DNA from: Histomonas meleagridis 2922-C6/04-290x
Lineage: Eukaryota > Protista > Parabasalia
Length of the DNA: 64,000 bases
Direction: 5' to 3'
NCBI GenBank assembly: GCA_020184695.1
Contig: JAANOX010000002.1
Span: 248,001 to 312,000, forward strand
Both the position numbers and the translations under genes were made by a program. The notes beneath the pieces are model-generated. The model was not told the DNA's origin, did not search any database, and saw only the letters and a list, made by a program, of their open reading frames with translations. Each line of letters opens with the position of its first letter. Position 1 is the first letter of the stretch. Of this stretch, positions 24,086 through 35,604 are shown in pieces.

Positions 24086-24802
24086 ATGTTTTTTGGGGAA
24101 AAAAGGTTCTTTGGAGCTCCTATCTCATTTTTTACTTCTGTTATTGTTTCATGTATTACGATTGCATTTTGTGCAACAGAGTGTCAATTTCCAAAAAGTA
24201 AGTTATTAAAGATTTTTCATTGTATTCTTGGTTATCCAACAATACAAGAATCAATCATTGTCTTATTTATTTCATGGGCATGCCGTAACGTTGAAAGAAT
24301 TTTAGGTACAAAACAATTTTCATTACTTCTTGGAATTAACATTGTATTTTTAGCTATTCTTTTACTTCTTTCATCTTTAATTGTTGGTGTTACTACTAAA
24401 ATCACATTAATGTTATTTTATCCATATACAGTTTTTATTTTTACTCTTGCACATATTCCTGCATCTCCACTTTTCATCTATTTAACAGATAAATTCCTTT
24501 CTTCATTAGTATTTATTCTCTTATTTTTAATAGGATTTCCTAATTCTCTCATTATTCTCTTTTCATCAATCGCTGGAAATATATTTTGGAGTTATGATCT
24601 TTTTCATATCTCAAAATTCATTGAGACTCCAAAGCTACCAGATGAAGAAAATTTAATATCTTCTCATGAACAAGATACAATAACAAATGATCTACAAACT
24701 TTAATAGCTATGGGTTTCGATGAGAAACTTGCTGAACAAGCATTAACAGCTTCAAACAACGATTTAGAAACAGCAATTGCAATTCTTTTAAACGGTCACT
24801 AA
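24086..24802 (+). CDS. Multi-pass membrane protein with C-terminal UBA domain (rhomboid-like/UBAC2-type architecture)
   Basis: Several hydrophobic helices including the motif RNVERILGTKQF; UBA signature LQTLIAMGFDEKLAEQALTASNNDLETAIAILL. Confidence 0.75.
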   Translation: MFFGEKRFFGAPISFFTSVIVSCITIAFCATECQFPKSKLLKIFHCILGYPTIQESIIVLFISWACRNVERILGTKQFSLLLGINIVFLAILLLLSSLIVGVTTKITLMLFYPYTVFIFTLAHIPASPLFIYLTDKFLSSLVFILLFLIGFPNSLIILFSSIAGNIFWSYDLFHISKFIETPKLPDEENLISSHEQDTITNDLQTLIAMGFDEKLAEQALTASNNDLETAIAILLNGH

Positions 24803-24840
24803 ATCGCGAACAGAGTAAGTCAATTTTGTTGGATATGTTA

Positions 24841-24854
24841 ACGGTTTTTCCTTT
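24841..24854 (+). promoter_or_regulatory. M3 (ACGGTT) plus M5 (CCTTT) core promoter of RPL12
   Basis: ACGGTT at 24841-24846 and CCTTT at 24850-24854, just upstream of the ATG at 24872; same arrangement as the Trichomonas vaginalis M3/M5 elements. Confidence 0.7.
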
Positions 24855-24871
24855 GGCCAACCTTCTTCAAT

Positions 24872-25351
24872 ATGTCACAAGAAGTTGTTATTCGCGTTCG
24901 TGTTTGGGGTGGCGAATCAGGTGTTACAGCAAAACTTGCTCCTCGTCTTGGTCCACTTGGTGTTAACTCTGGTCAAGTTGGTCAACAAGTTGCTAAAGCT
25001 ACAGAAGAATATAAAGGATATCGTTGCACAGTTCAAATAACAATTGTAGATCGTCAAGCAACAATCTCAGTTGTACCATCTACTTCAACGCTTATCATTC
25101 ATGCACTTCAAGAACCTCATCGTGATCGTAAGAAGACAAAGAATGTCAAACATACAGGAAGCCTTACACTTGATAATGTTATAGACATTGCTCGTCAGAT
25201 GAGGCACAAGTCAATGTCAAAGACACTTGCCGGAACAGTCAAGGAAGTCCTTGGCACATGTCAAGCTATGGGCGCTCAATGCGAAGGACAGAATGCAAAG
25301 GCTATCCAGAAGAAGATCACTTCTGGTGAAATTTCAATTCCAAATGAATAA
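24872..25351 (+). CDS. RPL12: 60S ribosomal protein L12 (uL11)
   Basis: RVWGGE.G....LAPRLGPLG, VVPSTSTLII.AL.EP.RDRKK.KNVKH.G and GTVKEVLGTC match eukaryotic L12. Confidence 0.97.
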   Translation: MSQEVVIRVRVWGGESGVTAKLAPRLGPLGVNSGQVGQQVAKATEEYKGYRCTVQITIVDRQATISVVPSTSTLIIHALQEPHRDRKKTKNVKHTGSLTLDNVIDIARQMRHKSMSKTLAGTVKEVLGTCQAMGAQCEGQNAKAIQKKITSGEISIPNE

Positions 25352-25587
25352 AAGCAATATAGCATAATTTGAATAGCAAATACATTTTTGTATATTTTTT
25401 ATGTTTTTAAGAGATATTTCAATCCAAACTTTTATTTGCTTCATAAGAAATTTTTCTGCATTTCGCAAAGATAAAGTCATCTTTGGGACATATGTCTTTG
25501 AATATTATTTTATATTCTATTTTCAAATTCCTTTATAAGGAATACATACCTTGAAAAATTGAAAAGATGCTTAAAATGTATTTACTT

Positions 25588-26073
25588 TTACCATGTTTCA
25601 CGGAATGGTGTGAAGCAGACTGCTTTGATTACCTCTGGCTTTACAACATGAGCTTCCTTTGGTTGAGCTGGGAGACGCTTGAGAGCAGACTTATCAAGTT
25701 TGATTCCTTTTTCTTTTGCTTCTTTCTTAAGTTTTTGTGTTTGAGCAACACGGTTCTTGAAATCATCCCTGCACTTTGAGTGTTGGATATGTTCTGTGCG
25801 AACATAAATACGTTTTGGTGCAATATGATTATTAACACGGCGGTAAATCAAAAGACCAACTGCGTGTGGTGAAACGTTCCAAACTGTACCAGTACGGCCA
25901 TTGTAAAGACGGTGAGGCATACCCTTCATGACAGCTGAGTTCACATGAACATCAACAATATCACCGATTCTGAAAGTACGGAGCTGTTGTGATGGTGCTG
26001 GCATTCCGTGCTTCCTGAACTTACGAGCGAAGAGATAACGTGTTCCCCAACGAAGACCAGCTGTGTGACCCAT
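25588..26073 (-). CDS. RPL21: 60S ribosomal protein L21 (eL21)
   Basis: MGHTAGLRWGTRYLFARKFRKHG and KGMPHRLYNGRTG.VWNV motifs; true start at 26073. Confidence 0.97.
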   Translation of the reverse strand: MGHTAGLRWGTRYLFARKFRKHGMPAPSQQLRTFRIGDIVDVHVNSAVMKGMPHRLYNGRTGTVWNVSPHAVGLLIYRRVNNHIAPKRIYVRTEHIQHSKCRDDFKNRVAQTQKLKKEAKEKGIKLDKSALKRLPAQPKEAHVVKPEVIKAVCFTPFRETW

Positions 26074-26078
26074 AGAAC

Positions 26079-26097
26079 AAAGGATAGGCCAAACCGT
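26079..26097 (-). promoter_or_regulatory. M3 plus M5 core promoter of RPL21
   Basis: The minus strand reads ACGGTTTggcctatCCTTTgttctATG. Confidence 0.7.
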
Positions 26098-26633
26098 AAA
26101 AAACGTTAAAATATTAAACGTCACTTTTTATCAAGCCTCAAAAACAAGTTTGTGCGTTTTCTAAAAACTTCATTATTTTTGTATTATTTTAATTTATTTT
26201 TTCTTCTTTTGTTTATGTTGCTTCTAAATAATGGATATATCAGTTGAGCTCCTTTATGTATAAAATGATTAATTCAAATAACCAACAATTAAAATAAATG
26301 TGTACGGGAAATTAAAATTATTTATTTTTGCTGTTTATTCAATTTAAAATTTTCTAAATTAATTAGGAATTTAATTTCGATTTCTTGAAGCACATTTTCA
26401 CCTGCTTTTATATATATATATATATATTTTGTCATTTATCATCATTCATATAGTGAATTAGCAACAAACATGTCTCAATCTAAGAAGAGATCACTTCATG
26501 ACTCCGATTATCAAAGACGGAATTTGGCTTTTTGAACAATGTCAGTGAAAAATTTGAATCGCAGTGGTTTTGCCGACGAGATGTTTTTGTTTTTGTAATT
26601 TCGCCACACCAAATGTATCATTGCAATTTAAAC

Positions 26634-27494
26634 ATGGACAAGGAAAACCAATTGGCAAGTTCAAATCAATCTTGTTCTCAAATTCCAAATATTCAAAATC
26701 CTAATCAGCCTTATTCACAAATCATTCCAAACCTACAAGTCACAAAACAACTGAACCCACAGCCTCTACATCCGCAAGCTTCAAACTCACAAATTTCGTT
26801 TCCTCAAATGCTCAACAAATCTACTTCTAAAGTTTCAAACCAAAGTTTATTACCACCAACACTAATTCAGCCACTTCCACAAGTTTTAAATGTACTAACC
26901 GTATGTTATCCATTTCCGCAGATTCCAAATCAGTCAAGCCCACGGACCTCAAACTCCAAACCTCAGCAAGAACAAATCCCAGTTCAGGCAAGCCCAAGGA
27001 CTTTAAATTCCAAACCTCAACAACAACAAATCCCAAATCAGCCGCATTTACCAGATTCCAAGATAAGAATCATCGAGCAAAAACTCGGTTACACATTTCA
27101 CGACAAGCATCATCTTATCACATCTATTACCCATCGCTCTTACTCTGATAAATTTAATTATGAGAAATACGAATTCTTTGGCGACTCCATTTTGTTGCTT
27201 ATCAGCGCCGATGTCTTATGCGAATTCTTTTTGAAATTGACCAGAGGAGAATTAACATCTCTCCAAAGCAAACTTGTTTGCAACGATACAATCGGGAAAT
27301 TTATGAAGCAGCTAAACATCGGTGAGTACTTATTTACAGTGGGCGGGAAACCAAATGCTGGCTCAAAGGTGTGGGCTGACATATTCGAAGCACTCGTCGC
27401 TGCGATTTATATCGACGGAGGATACGAACGCGCAAAGGAATTTGTGACACCGTTTTTGAGGAGCGAACTTAATAACATTGCAAATAATTTGTGA
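26634..27494 (+). CDS. Stand-alone RNase III domain protein with Gln/Pro-rich N-terminus
   Basis: IEQKLGYTF...ITHRSY, the signature NYEKYEFFGDSIL and ADIFEALVAAIYIDGG. No dsRBD or PAZ domain is evident. Probable start MDKEN at 26634. Confidence 0.85.
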   Translation: MDKENQLASSNQSCSQIPNIQNPNQPYSQIIPNLQVTKQLNPQPLHPQASNSQISFPQMLNKSTSKVSNQSLLPPTLIQPLPQVLNVLTVCYPFPQIPNQSSPRTSNSKPQQEQIPVQASPRTLNSKPQQQQIPNQPHLPDSKIRIIEQKLGYTFHDKHHLITSITHRSYSDKFNYEKYEFFGDSILLLISADVLCEFFLKLTRGELTSLQSKLVCNDTIGKFMKQLNIGEYLFTVGGKPNAGSKVWADIFEALVAAIYIDGGYERAKEFVTPFLRSELNNIANNL

Positions 27495-28098
27495 AATAAA
27501 ATGTAATTTGATTTGTTTTTCATAGTGACTGAGTACAATGTGTAGACGTTTTGGCTGTGTTTCAGCGTAATAAATGTTTGTTAATTTTCAAATGATTTGT
27601 TGAATTGATGCAGAATCGACTATATAGTGCCTGAGTAAAATTTCATGAATATCTTCGAATTGTAATTCCATAAAATGTTCCAATTCAATATAACGTGCAG
27701 TTGCAGAAGATATCGTCATAGCTTTAAAACGTGAAAAACTTCAAAAATTCTATTGACGATAGTTATTTTTGAGGTCAGAAAAATGGTTTTCGATGAAAAA
27801 GAAGTCAAAATTTCAATAAACTTTTGGAATCAGTTGTCGCCTGTCAACATTACAATCGTGTTACGATTATTCTAAAGAGAACGATGAAACCAGAGTTTAA
27901 CATATATGAGCAATAAATTTTAATGAAAGAATCAAACTAAATAAATTTTGTCAGACAAATAAATAAAATAAAATTATTAATAATTATTAATTAATCTCAA
28001 AATAAATTGTTTTCATGAACGTGATATGCAAAATATATTTTGTCAAATCAAACAAAATTTTTATTAAATTTAATCAAACATTGTACCTTTCAAAGATA

Positions 28099-28686
28099 TC
28101 AAACAAAAGACGAGAGCCAATTAAACCCTGATGTGTATCCAAATCTTTGCAACGCGGATGACATATAAAGTTTAATTGGTCTTTTTCCTCTTCCATTTTC
28201 AAAATCGTTCAGTATATTTTCGAGTTGGAAATAGCTGATAACATCTCCACGCGAATAAGATCCTGCAATGTCAACCTTGTTTGCTAAAATTAAAATTGGA
28301 ACATCATCAGATGCATTAAGAAGAGAATTTAGTTCTTCCTTAGATTCTTTAAAACGTTCGCTAGATGAAACGTCAATTACGAAAACGATTCCATTGCAAT
28401 TTGGGTAATAATCTTTCCATTGCGGCCTTAAAGATTGTCGACCGCATAAGTCATAAACACTTGCGCAAACGCTTCCAATTTGAATTTGTTCCACTGCGGC
28501 TTCGTCTGTGTGTCCGGCATTTTCAAATTGATTCGTTTTCAGCGTGTGCAAAATTGTCGATTTGCCGGCGCCATCCAATCCGACAATGACAAACTTCGCA
28601 CGCGTTGACACCTTTTGCTCTTTCCTTCCGAAAATCCGTTTCATCAAATTGAGCACTATGTTCCACAGCCAGCTCAAAATCCACAT
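28099..28686 (-). CDS. Sar1-like (Arf family) small GTPase, divergent
   Basis: P-loop GLDGAGKS, G3 DLCGR, G4 NKVD, an N-terminal amphipathic Trp-rich helix and the C-terminal SSALQRFGY..GFNWLS, all Sar1-like. Confidence 0.8.
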   Translation of the reverse strand: MWILSWLWNIVLNLMKRIFGRKEQKVSTRAKFVIVGLDGAGKSTILHTLKTNQFENAGHTDEAAVEQIQIGSVCASVYDLCGRQSLRPQWKDYYPNCNGIVFVIDVSSSERFKESKEELNSLLNASDDVPILILANKVDIAGSYSRGDVISYFQLENILNDFENGRGKRPIKLYMSSALQRFGYTSGFNWLSSFV

Positions 28687-28959
28687 TTGGAACACTAAAA
28701 AGTATGTCAAATTTAAAATAATGTTAACAAAATAAAATTTGGAGAAAGTTTAGTGTTTACTGATGAGGTGACTTTTGCAGTTATTTCTCCCAATGCAAAC
28801 CATCCGCCAAAAAACGATAACACCATGGCGCCTTTAACTAATTTCGGTTCTTTAATAGATGAAATGTTATCGGTGAAAAAGGCGGGGTTTGTGCCTTTGA
28901 TCACTTTGAAACTTTCAAAAATGAATCATCAAAAGCAATTTCATCATCACCTTCAAATT

Positions 28960-31900
28960 TGAACAAATAACAAAATAAAAAATAACTAAAAGTCAAACAA
29001 AATAACAACTTAACAACACAAATAACAAAAAAATAACAGAATAATAATAACAATAACTGAATAATATGTAATATCTGAATAATAATAATATCTGAATAAT
29101 AATATCTGAATAACATTAATAATAACTGAATAATAATATGTAACAATTGAATAACATTAATATCTGAATAATATGTAATATCTGAATAATAATATCTGAA
29201 TAACATTAATATCTGAATAATATGTAATATCTGAATAATAATATCTGAATAATAATATCTGAATAATATATAATATCTGAATAATATATAATATCTGAAT
29301 AATATGTAATATCTGAATAATAATATCTGAATAATATGTAATATCTGAATAATATGTAATATCTGAATAATATATAATATCTGAATAATATATAATATCT
29401 GAATAATATATAATATCTGAATAATATATAATATCTGAATAATAATATCTGAATAATATGTAATATCTGAATAATATATAATATCTGAATAATAATATCT
29501 GAATAATATATAATATCTGAATAATAATATCTGAATAATATATAATATCTGAATAATATGTAATATCTGAATAATAATATCTGAATAACATTAATAATAA
29601 CTGAATAATAATATGTAACAACACAAATAACAAAAAAATAACAGAATAATAATAACAATAACTGAATAATATGTAATATCTGAATAATAATAATATCTGA
29701 ATAATAATATCTGAATAACATTAATAATAACTGAATAATAATATGTAACAATTGAATAACATTAATATCTGAATAATATGTAATATCTGAATAATAATAA
29801 TATCTGAATAATATGTAATATCTGAATAATATATAATATCTGAATAATATGTAATATCTGAATAATAATATCTGAATAATAATATCTGAATAACATTAAT
29901 ATCTGAATAATATGTAATATCTGAATAATATGTAATATCTGAATAATAATATCTGAATAATATATAATATCTGAATAATATATAATATCTGAATAATATG
30001 TAATATCTGAATAATATGTAATATCTGAATAATAATATCTGAATAATATATAATATCTGAATAATATATAATATCTGAATAATATATAATATCTGAATAA
30101 TATATAATATCTGAATAATAATATCTGAATAATATGTAATATCTGAATAATATATAATATCTGAATAATAATATCTGAATAATATATAATATCTGAATAA
30201 TAATATCTGAATAATATATAATATCTGAATAATATGTAATATCTGAATAATATATAATATCTGAATAATATGTAATATCTGAATAATAATATCTGAATAA
30301 TATATAATATCTGAATAATATGTAATATCTGAATAATATGTAATATCTGAATAATAATATCTGAATAATATATAATATCTGAATAATATATAATATCTGA
30401 ATAATATGTAATATCTGAATAATAATATCTGAATAATATATAATATCTGAATAATATATAATATCTGAATAATATATAATATCTGAATAATATATAATAT
30501 CTGAATAATATGTAATATCTGAATAATATGTAATATCTGAATAACATTAATATCTGAATAATAATATCTGAATAATATATAATATCTGAATAATATGTAA
30601 TATCTGAATAATATGTAATATCTGAATAATATGTAATATCTGAATAATAATATCTGAATAATATATAATATCCGAATAATATATAATATCTGAATAATAT
30701 ATAATATCTGAATAATATGTAATATCTGAATAATATGTAATATCTGAATAATATGTAATATCTGAATAATAATATCTGAATAACATTAATATCTGAATAA
30801 TAATATCTGAATAATATATAATATCTGAATAATATGTAATATCTGAATAATAATATCTGAATAATATGTAATATCTGAATAATAATATCTGAATAATATA
30901 TAATATCTGAATAATAATAATATCTGAATAATAATATCTGAATAATATATAATATCTGAATAATATATAATATCTGAATAATATGTAATATCTGAATAAT
31001 ATGTAATATCTGAATAATAATATCTGAATAACATTAATATCTGAATAATAATATCTGAATAATATATAATATCTGAATAATATATAATATCTGAATAATA
31101 ATATCTGAATAATATGTAATATCTGAATAATAATATCTGAATAATATGTAATATCTGAATAATATGTAATATCTGAATAATATGTAATATCTGAATAATA
31201 ATATCTGAATAATATATAATATCTGAATAATATGTAATATCTGAATAATATGTAATATCTGAATAATAATATCTGAATAATATATAATATCTGAATAATA
31301 ATATCTGAATAATATGTAATATCTGAATAATAATATCTGAATAATATATAATATCTGAATAATAATAATATCTGAATAATAATATCTGAATAATATATAA
31401 TATCTGAATAATATATAATATCTGAATAATATGTAATATCTGAATAATATGTAATATCTGAATAATAATATCTGAATAACATTAATATCTGAATAATAAT
31501 ATCTGAATAATATATAATATCTGAATAATAATAATATCTGAATAATAATATCTGAATAATATATAATATCCGAATAATATGTAATATCTGAATAATAATA
31601 TCTGAATAATATGTAATATCTGAATAATAATAATATCTGAATAATATGTAATATCTGAATAATATATAATATCTGAATAATATGTAATATCTGAATAATA
31701 ATATCTGAATAATAATATCTGAATAACATTAATATCTGAATAATATGTAATATCTGAATAATATGTAATATCTGAATAATATGTAATATCTGAATAATAA
31801 TATCTGAATAATATATAATATCTGAATAATATATAATATCTGAATAATATATAATATCTGAATAATATATAATATCTGAATAATAATATCTGAATAATAT

Positions 31901-34465
31901 GTAATATCTGAATAATATATAATATCTGAATAATAATATCTGAATAATATATAATATCTGAATAATAATATCTGAATAATATATAATATCTGAATAATAT
32001 GTAATATCTGAATAATATATAATATCTGAATAATATGTAATATCTGAATAATAATATCTGAATAATATATAATATCTGAATAATATGTAATATCTGAATA
32101 ATATGTAATATCTGAATAATAATATCTGAATAATATATAATATCTGAATAATATATAATATCTGAATAATATGTAATATCTGAATAATAATATCTGAATA
32201 ATATATAATATCTGAATAATATATAATATCTGAATAATATATAATATCTGAATAATATATAATATCTGAATAATATGTAATATCTGAATAATATGTAATA
32301 TCTGAATAACATTAATATCTGAATAATAATATCTGAATAATATATAATATCTGAATAATATGTAATATCTGAATAATATGTAATATCTGAATAATATGTA
32401 ATATCTGAATAATAATATCTGAATAATATATAATATCCGAATAATATATAATATCTGAATAATATATAATATCTGAATAATATGTAATATCTGAATAATA
32501 TGTAATATCTGAATAATATGTAATATCTGAATAATAATATCTGAATAACATTAATATCTGAATAATAATATCTGAATAATATATAATATCTGAATAATAT
32601 GTAATATCTGAATAATAATATCTGAATAATAATATCTGAATAACATTAATATCTGAATAATATGTAATATCTGAATAATATGTAATATCTGAATAATAAT
32701 ATCTGAATAATATATAATATCTGAATAATATATAATATCTGAATAATATATAATATCTGAATAATATGTAATATCTGAATAATATGTAATATCTGAATAA
32801 TAATATCTGAATAACATTAATATCTGAATAATAATATCTGAATAATATATAATATCTGAATAATATATAATATCTGAATAATAATATCTGAATAATATGT
32901 AATATCTGAATAATAATATCTGAATAATATATAATATCTGAATAATATGTAATATCTGAATAATATGTAATATCTGAATAATAATATCTGAATAATATAT
33001 AATATCTGAATAATATGTAATATCTGAATAATATGTAATATCTGAATAATAATATCTGAATAATATATAATATCTGAATAATAATATCTGAATAATATGT
33101 AATATCTGAATAATAATATCTGAATAATATATAATATCTGAATAATAATAATATCTGAATAATAATATCTGAATAATATATAATATCTGAATAATATATA
33201 ATATCTGAATAATATGTAATATCTGAATAATATGTAATATCTGAATAATAATATCTGAATAACATTAATATCTGAATAATAATATCTGAATAATATATAA
33301 TATCTGAATAATAATAATATCTGAATAATAATATCTGAATAATATATAATATCCGAATAATATGTAATATCTGAATAATAATATCTGAATAATATGTAAT
33401 ATCTGAATAATAATATCTGAATAATATATAATATCTGAATAATATATAATATCTGAATAATAATATCTGAATAATATATAATATCCGAATAATATGTAAT
33501 ATCTGAATAATAATATCTGAATAATATGTAATATCTGAATAATAATATCTGAATAATATATAATATCTGAATAATATATAATATCTGAATAATAATATCT
33601 GAATAATATATAATATCCGAATAATATGTAATATCTGAATAATAATATCTGAATAATATATAATATCTGAATAATATATAATATCTGAATAATATGTAAT
33701 ATCTGAATAATATGTAATATCTGAATAATAATATCTGAATAACATTAATATCTGAATAATAATATCTGAATAATATATAATATCTGAATAATATGTAATA
33801 TCTGAATAATAATATCTGAATAATATGTAATATCTGAATAATATGTAATATCTGAATAATATATAATATCTGAATAATAATAATATCTGAATAATAATAT
33901 CTGAATAATATATAATATCTGAATAATATATAATATCTGAATAATATGTAATATCTGAATAATATGTAATATCTGAATAATATGTAATATCTGAATAATA
34001 TGTAATATCTGAATAATATGTAATATCTGAATAATATGTAATATCTGAATAATAATAACTGAATAACATTAATAATATCTGAATAACATTAATATCTGAA
34101 TAACATTAATATCTGAATAATAATATCTGAATAATATGTAATATCTGAATAATATGTAATATCTGAATAATAATATCTGAATAACATTAATATCTGAATA
34201 ATAATATCTGAATAATATGTAATATCTGAATAATAATATCTGAATAACATTAATATCTGAATAATAATATCTGAATAATATGTAATATCTGAATAACATT
34301 AATAATATCTGAATAACATTAATAATAACTGAATAACATTAATAATATCTGAATAACATTAATAATAACTGAATAACATTAATAATAACTGAATAACATT
34401 AATAATAACTGAATAACATTAATAATAACTGAATAACATTAATAATAACTGAATAATAATATCTG
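28960..34465. repeat. AT-rich satellite array 1: core ATCTGAATAA in 14/17/18/20-bp variant units with higher-order repeats
   Basis: Roughly 300 units such as ATCTGAATAATAAT, ATCTGAATAATATATAAT, ATCTGAATAATATGTAAT and ATCTGAATAACATTAAT. Rare ATCCGAAT variants recur 1765 bp apart (30672/32437) and 1783 bp apart (31570/33353). Confidence 0.97.
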
Positions 34466-35604
34466 TTTAATCTCTTTAAAATTAATAAAATAACCTTCTC
34501 TTGAATATTGTAATAACAATCTTCTCTGTTATTAGAATAATCTTTTCTGTAATATTAGTATAAATAATAACCTCTTCTGTTATGTAATAATCTTCTCTTG
34601 TATACTAACAATATAATCTTCTTTGTAATATTAATGTAATAAATCTTAATTGTAATAATATTTCTCTTTGTAATAATAATGATAATATTATTCTTCTTTG
34701 TAATAATAATCTTCTTTGTAATGTAATAAATCTTCTACGTAATAATATTAATGTAATAATGTAATCTTCTTTGTAATAATAATGATAATAACCTTCTTTG
34801 TAATATTAATGTAATAATGATAATAACTTCTTTGTAATAATAACCTTCTTTGTAATATTAATGTAATAATGTAATCTTTTTTGTAATAATAATGATAATA
34901 ACTTCTTTGTAATAATAATGTGATAATGTAATCTTCTTTGTAATAATAATGATAATAACTTCTTTGTAATAATAATGTGATAATGTAATCTTTTTTGTAA
35001 TAATAATGATAATAACTTCTTTGTAATAATAATAATATTAATGTAATAATGTAATCTTCTTTGTAATAATAATCTTCTTTGTAATATTAATGTAATAATG
35101 ATAATAATCTTCTTTGTAATAATAATGATAATAACTTCTTTGTAATAATAATAATATTAATGTAATAATATAAACTTCTTTGTAATAATAATGATAATAA
35201 CTTCTTTGTAATAATAATGATAATAACTTCTTTGTAATAATAATAATATTAATGTAATAATGTAATCTTCTTTGTAAAAATAATCTTCTTTTGAATAATA
35301 ATCTTCTTTGTAATAATAATGATAATAACTTCTTTGTAATAATAATGTAATAATGTAATCTTCTTTGTAATAATAATCTTCTTTGTAATATTAATGTAAT
35401 AATATAAACTTCTTTGTAATAATAATGATAATAACTTCTTTGTAATGATAATCTTCTTTGTAGTAATAATAATGTAAGAATATAATCTTCTTTGTAATAA
35501 TAATCTTTTTTGTAATAATAATCTTCTTTGTAATGTAATAAATCTTTTATGTAGTAATAATAATGTAATAATATAATCTTCTTTGTAATAATAATAACTT
35601 CTTT
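34466..35604. repeat. AT-rich satellite array 2: degenerate TTCTTTGTAATAAT(AAT) units
   Basis: Dozens of CTTCTTTGTAAT cores separated by variable (AAT)n/GATAAT/GTAAT tracts, directly abutting array 1. Confidence 0.9.

Noticed and set aside
26410-26427. (TA)n microsatellites here and near 4441-4455
   Set aside because: Short and unremarkable in an AT-rich genome.
26470-26535. Upstream ATG (MSQSKKRS...) as the RNase III start via an intron
   Set aside because: It stops after 21 codons, and no trichomonad intron signals were found to join it to the main ORF.
29157-34299. Long minus-strand ORFs (YYSDII / LFRYY / IIQIL repeats, up to 585 aa)
   Set aside because: They are open in all frames only because the plus-strand units rarely contain TTA/TCA/CTA. 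They break at every AACATTAAT unit, and unit lengths of 14/17 bp are not multiples of 3.
28960-35604. Telomeric repeat
   Set aside because: The block is internal, flanked by genes on both sides, and lacks a G-rich TTAGGG-like strand.
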